DNA from: Lama guanicoe
Lineage: Eukaryota
DNA length: 64,000 nucleotides
NCBI GenBank assembly: GCA_013239625.1
Contig: MU056050.1
Span: 7,358,773-7,422,772, forward strand
Reading direction: 5' to 3'
In this document: piece by piece, positions 63,585 through 64,000 of the stretch
How positions within the stretch are numbered: position 1 is the first letter of the stretch
How the letters are laid out: each line of letters starts with the position of its first letter
Translations under genes and position numbers: made by a program
The notes under the pieces: generated by a model
The model's database searches: none
Told to the model about the DNA's origin: nothing
What the model saw: only the letters and a program-made list of their open reading frames with translations

Positions 63585-64000
63585 GCAGATCAAAAACATT
63601 CTGGTATTGAGATCCCTTTTAAAAAATATTGACCTTCTCAAAGCATCTTCGATTTTTCTAGGTTATATCTATCAATATCTACTATATTAGAAATTATAAC
63701 TGTGATATTTTAAAAGTATTGATTTATGTATCCATTTAAATATACCAACAAGAAATCTAATATGTTAACCTAAGTAACATATTTATGAAAAAAATTATAT
63801 TTTCCAAAACAAAATAAAAAGTGAGAATAATAGCATTGTATGACAAATTTGCAAATCTTTGTTTTTATAGAAGAGAGTTTACTAGAAGACAGTTGGATTC
63901 TTGTGTCTCCTTCTGCATTTAATATCTTGTGATATGTTCTTTGTGACATATTCTTTTAAAGTTAATGAGGAAAATCTGTCCTAATATAAATATGTAACTA
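63585..64000. mobile_element. Charlie1-like hAT DNA transposon fragment, running off the window end
   Basis: 'ggttatatctatcaatatctactatattagaaatta' and 'tagaagacagttggattctt..cttctgcattta..gaggaaaatc' match recalled Charlie1 sequence. Confidence 0.75.

Noticed and set aside
1..64000. CRISPR array, operon, prophage or other prokaryote-type novel system; CpG-island promoter
   Set aside because: The sequence is clearly eutherian repeat-rich DNA, with no regularly spaced repeats, gene-dense tracts or CpG island.

Overview
AT-rich, CpG-poor mammalian genomic DNA, not prokaryotic. It is most likely camelid (alpaca/llama/camel), judged from a tRNA-Ala(AGC)-derived SINE of the Vic-1 type and a distinctive young LINE-1 3' UTR found in four copies. 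I can support no intact host protein-coding gene, RNA gene or CRISPR array; the long ORFs in the track are LINE-1 ORF2 debris or chance ORFs in repeats. The window reads as a long intron or intergenic tract layered with transposon fossils: L3/CR1, L2, MIR, hAT-Charlie and Tigger MITEs, MaLR solo LTRs, an ERVL integrase fragment, and old and young L1s. The strongest observations are: (1) an L1 3' transduction of about 102 nt at 57935-58036; (2) a 4.3-kb young L1 nested inside a MITE inside a MIR; (3) a SINE-head/L1 fusion; (4) a tandem double L1 3' end; (5) an L1/ERVL mosaic; (6) one candidate minus-strand exon at 43416-43507. I found no evidence of a previously undescribed biological system. 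Repeat family names come from my recollection of consensus sequences rather than a database search, and boundaries of old repeats are approximate.
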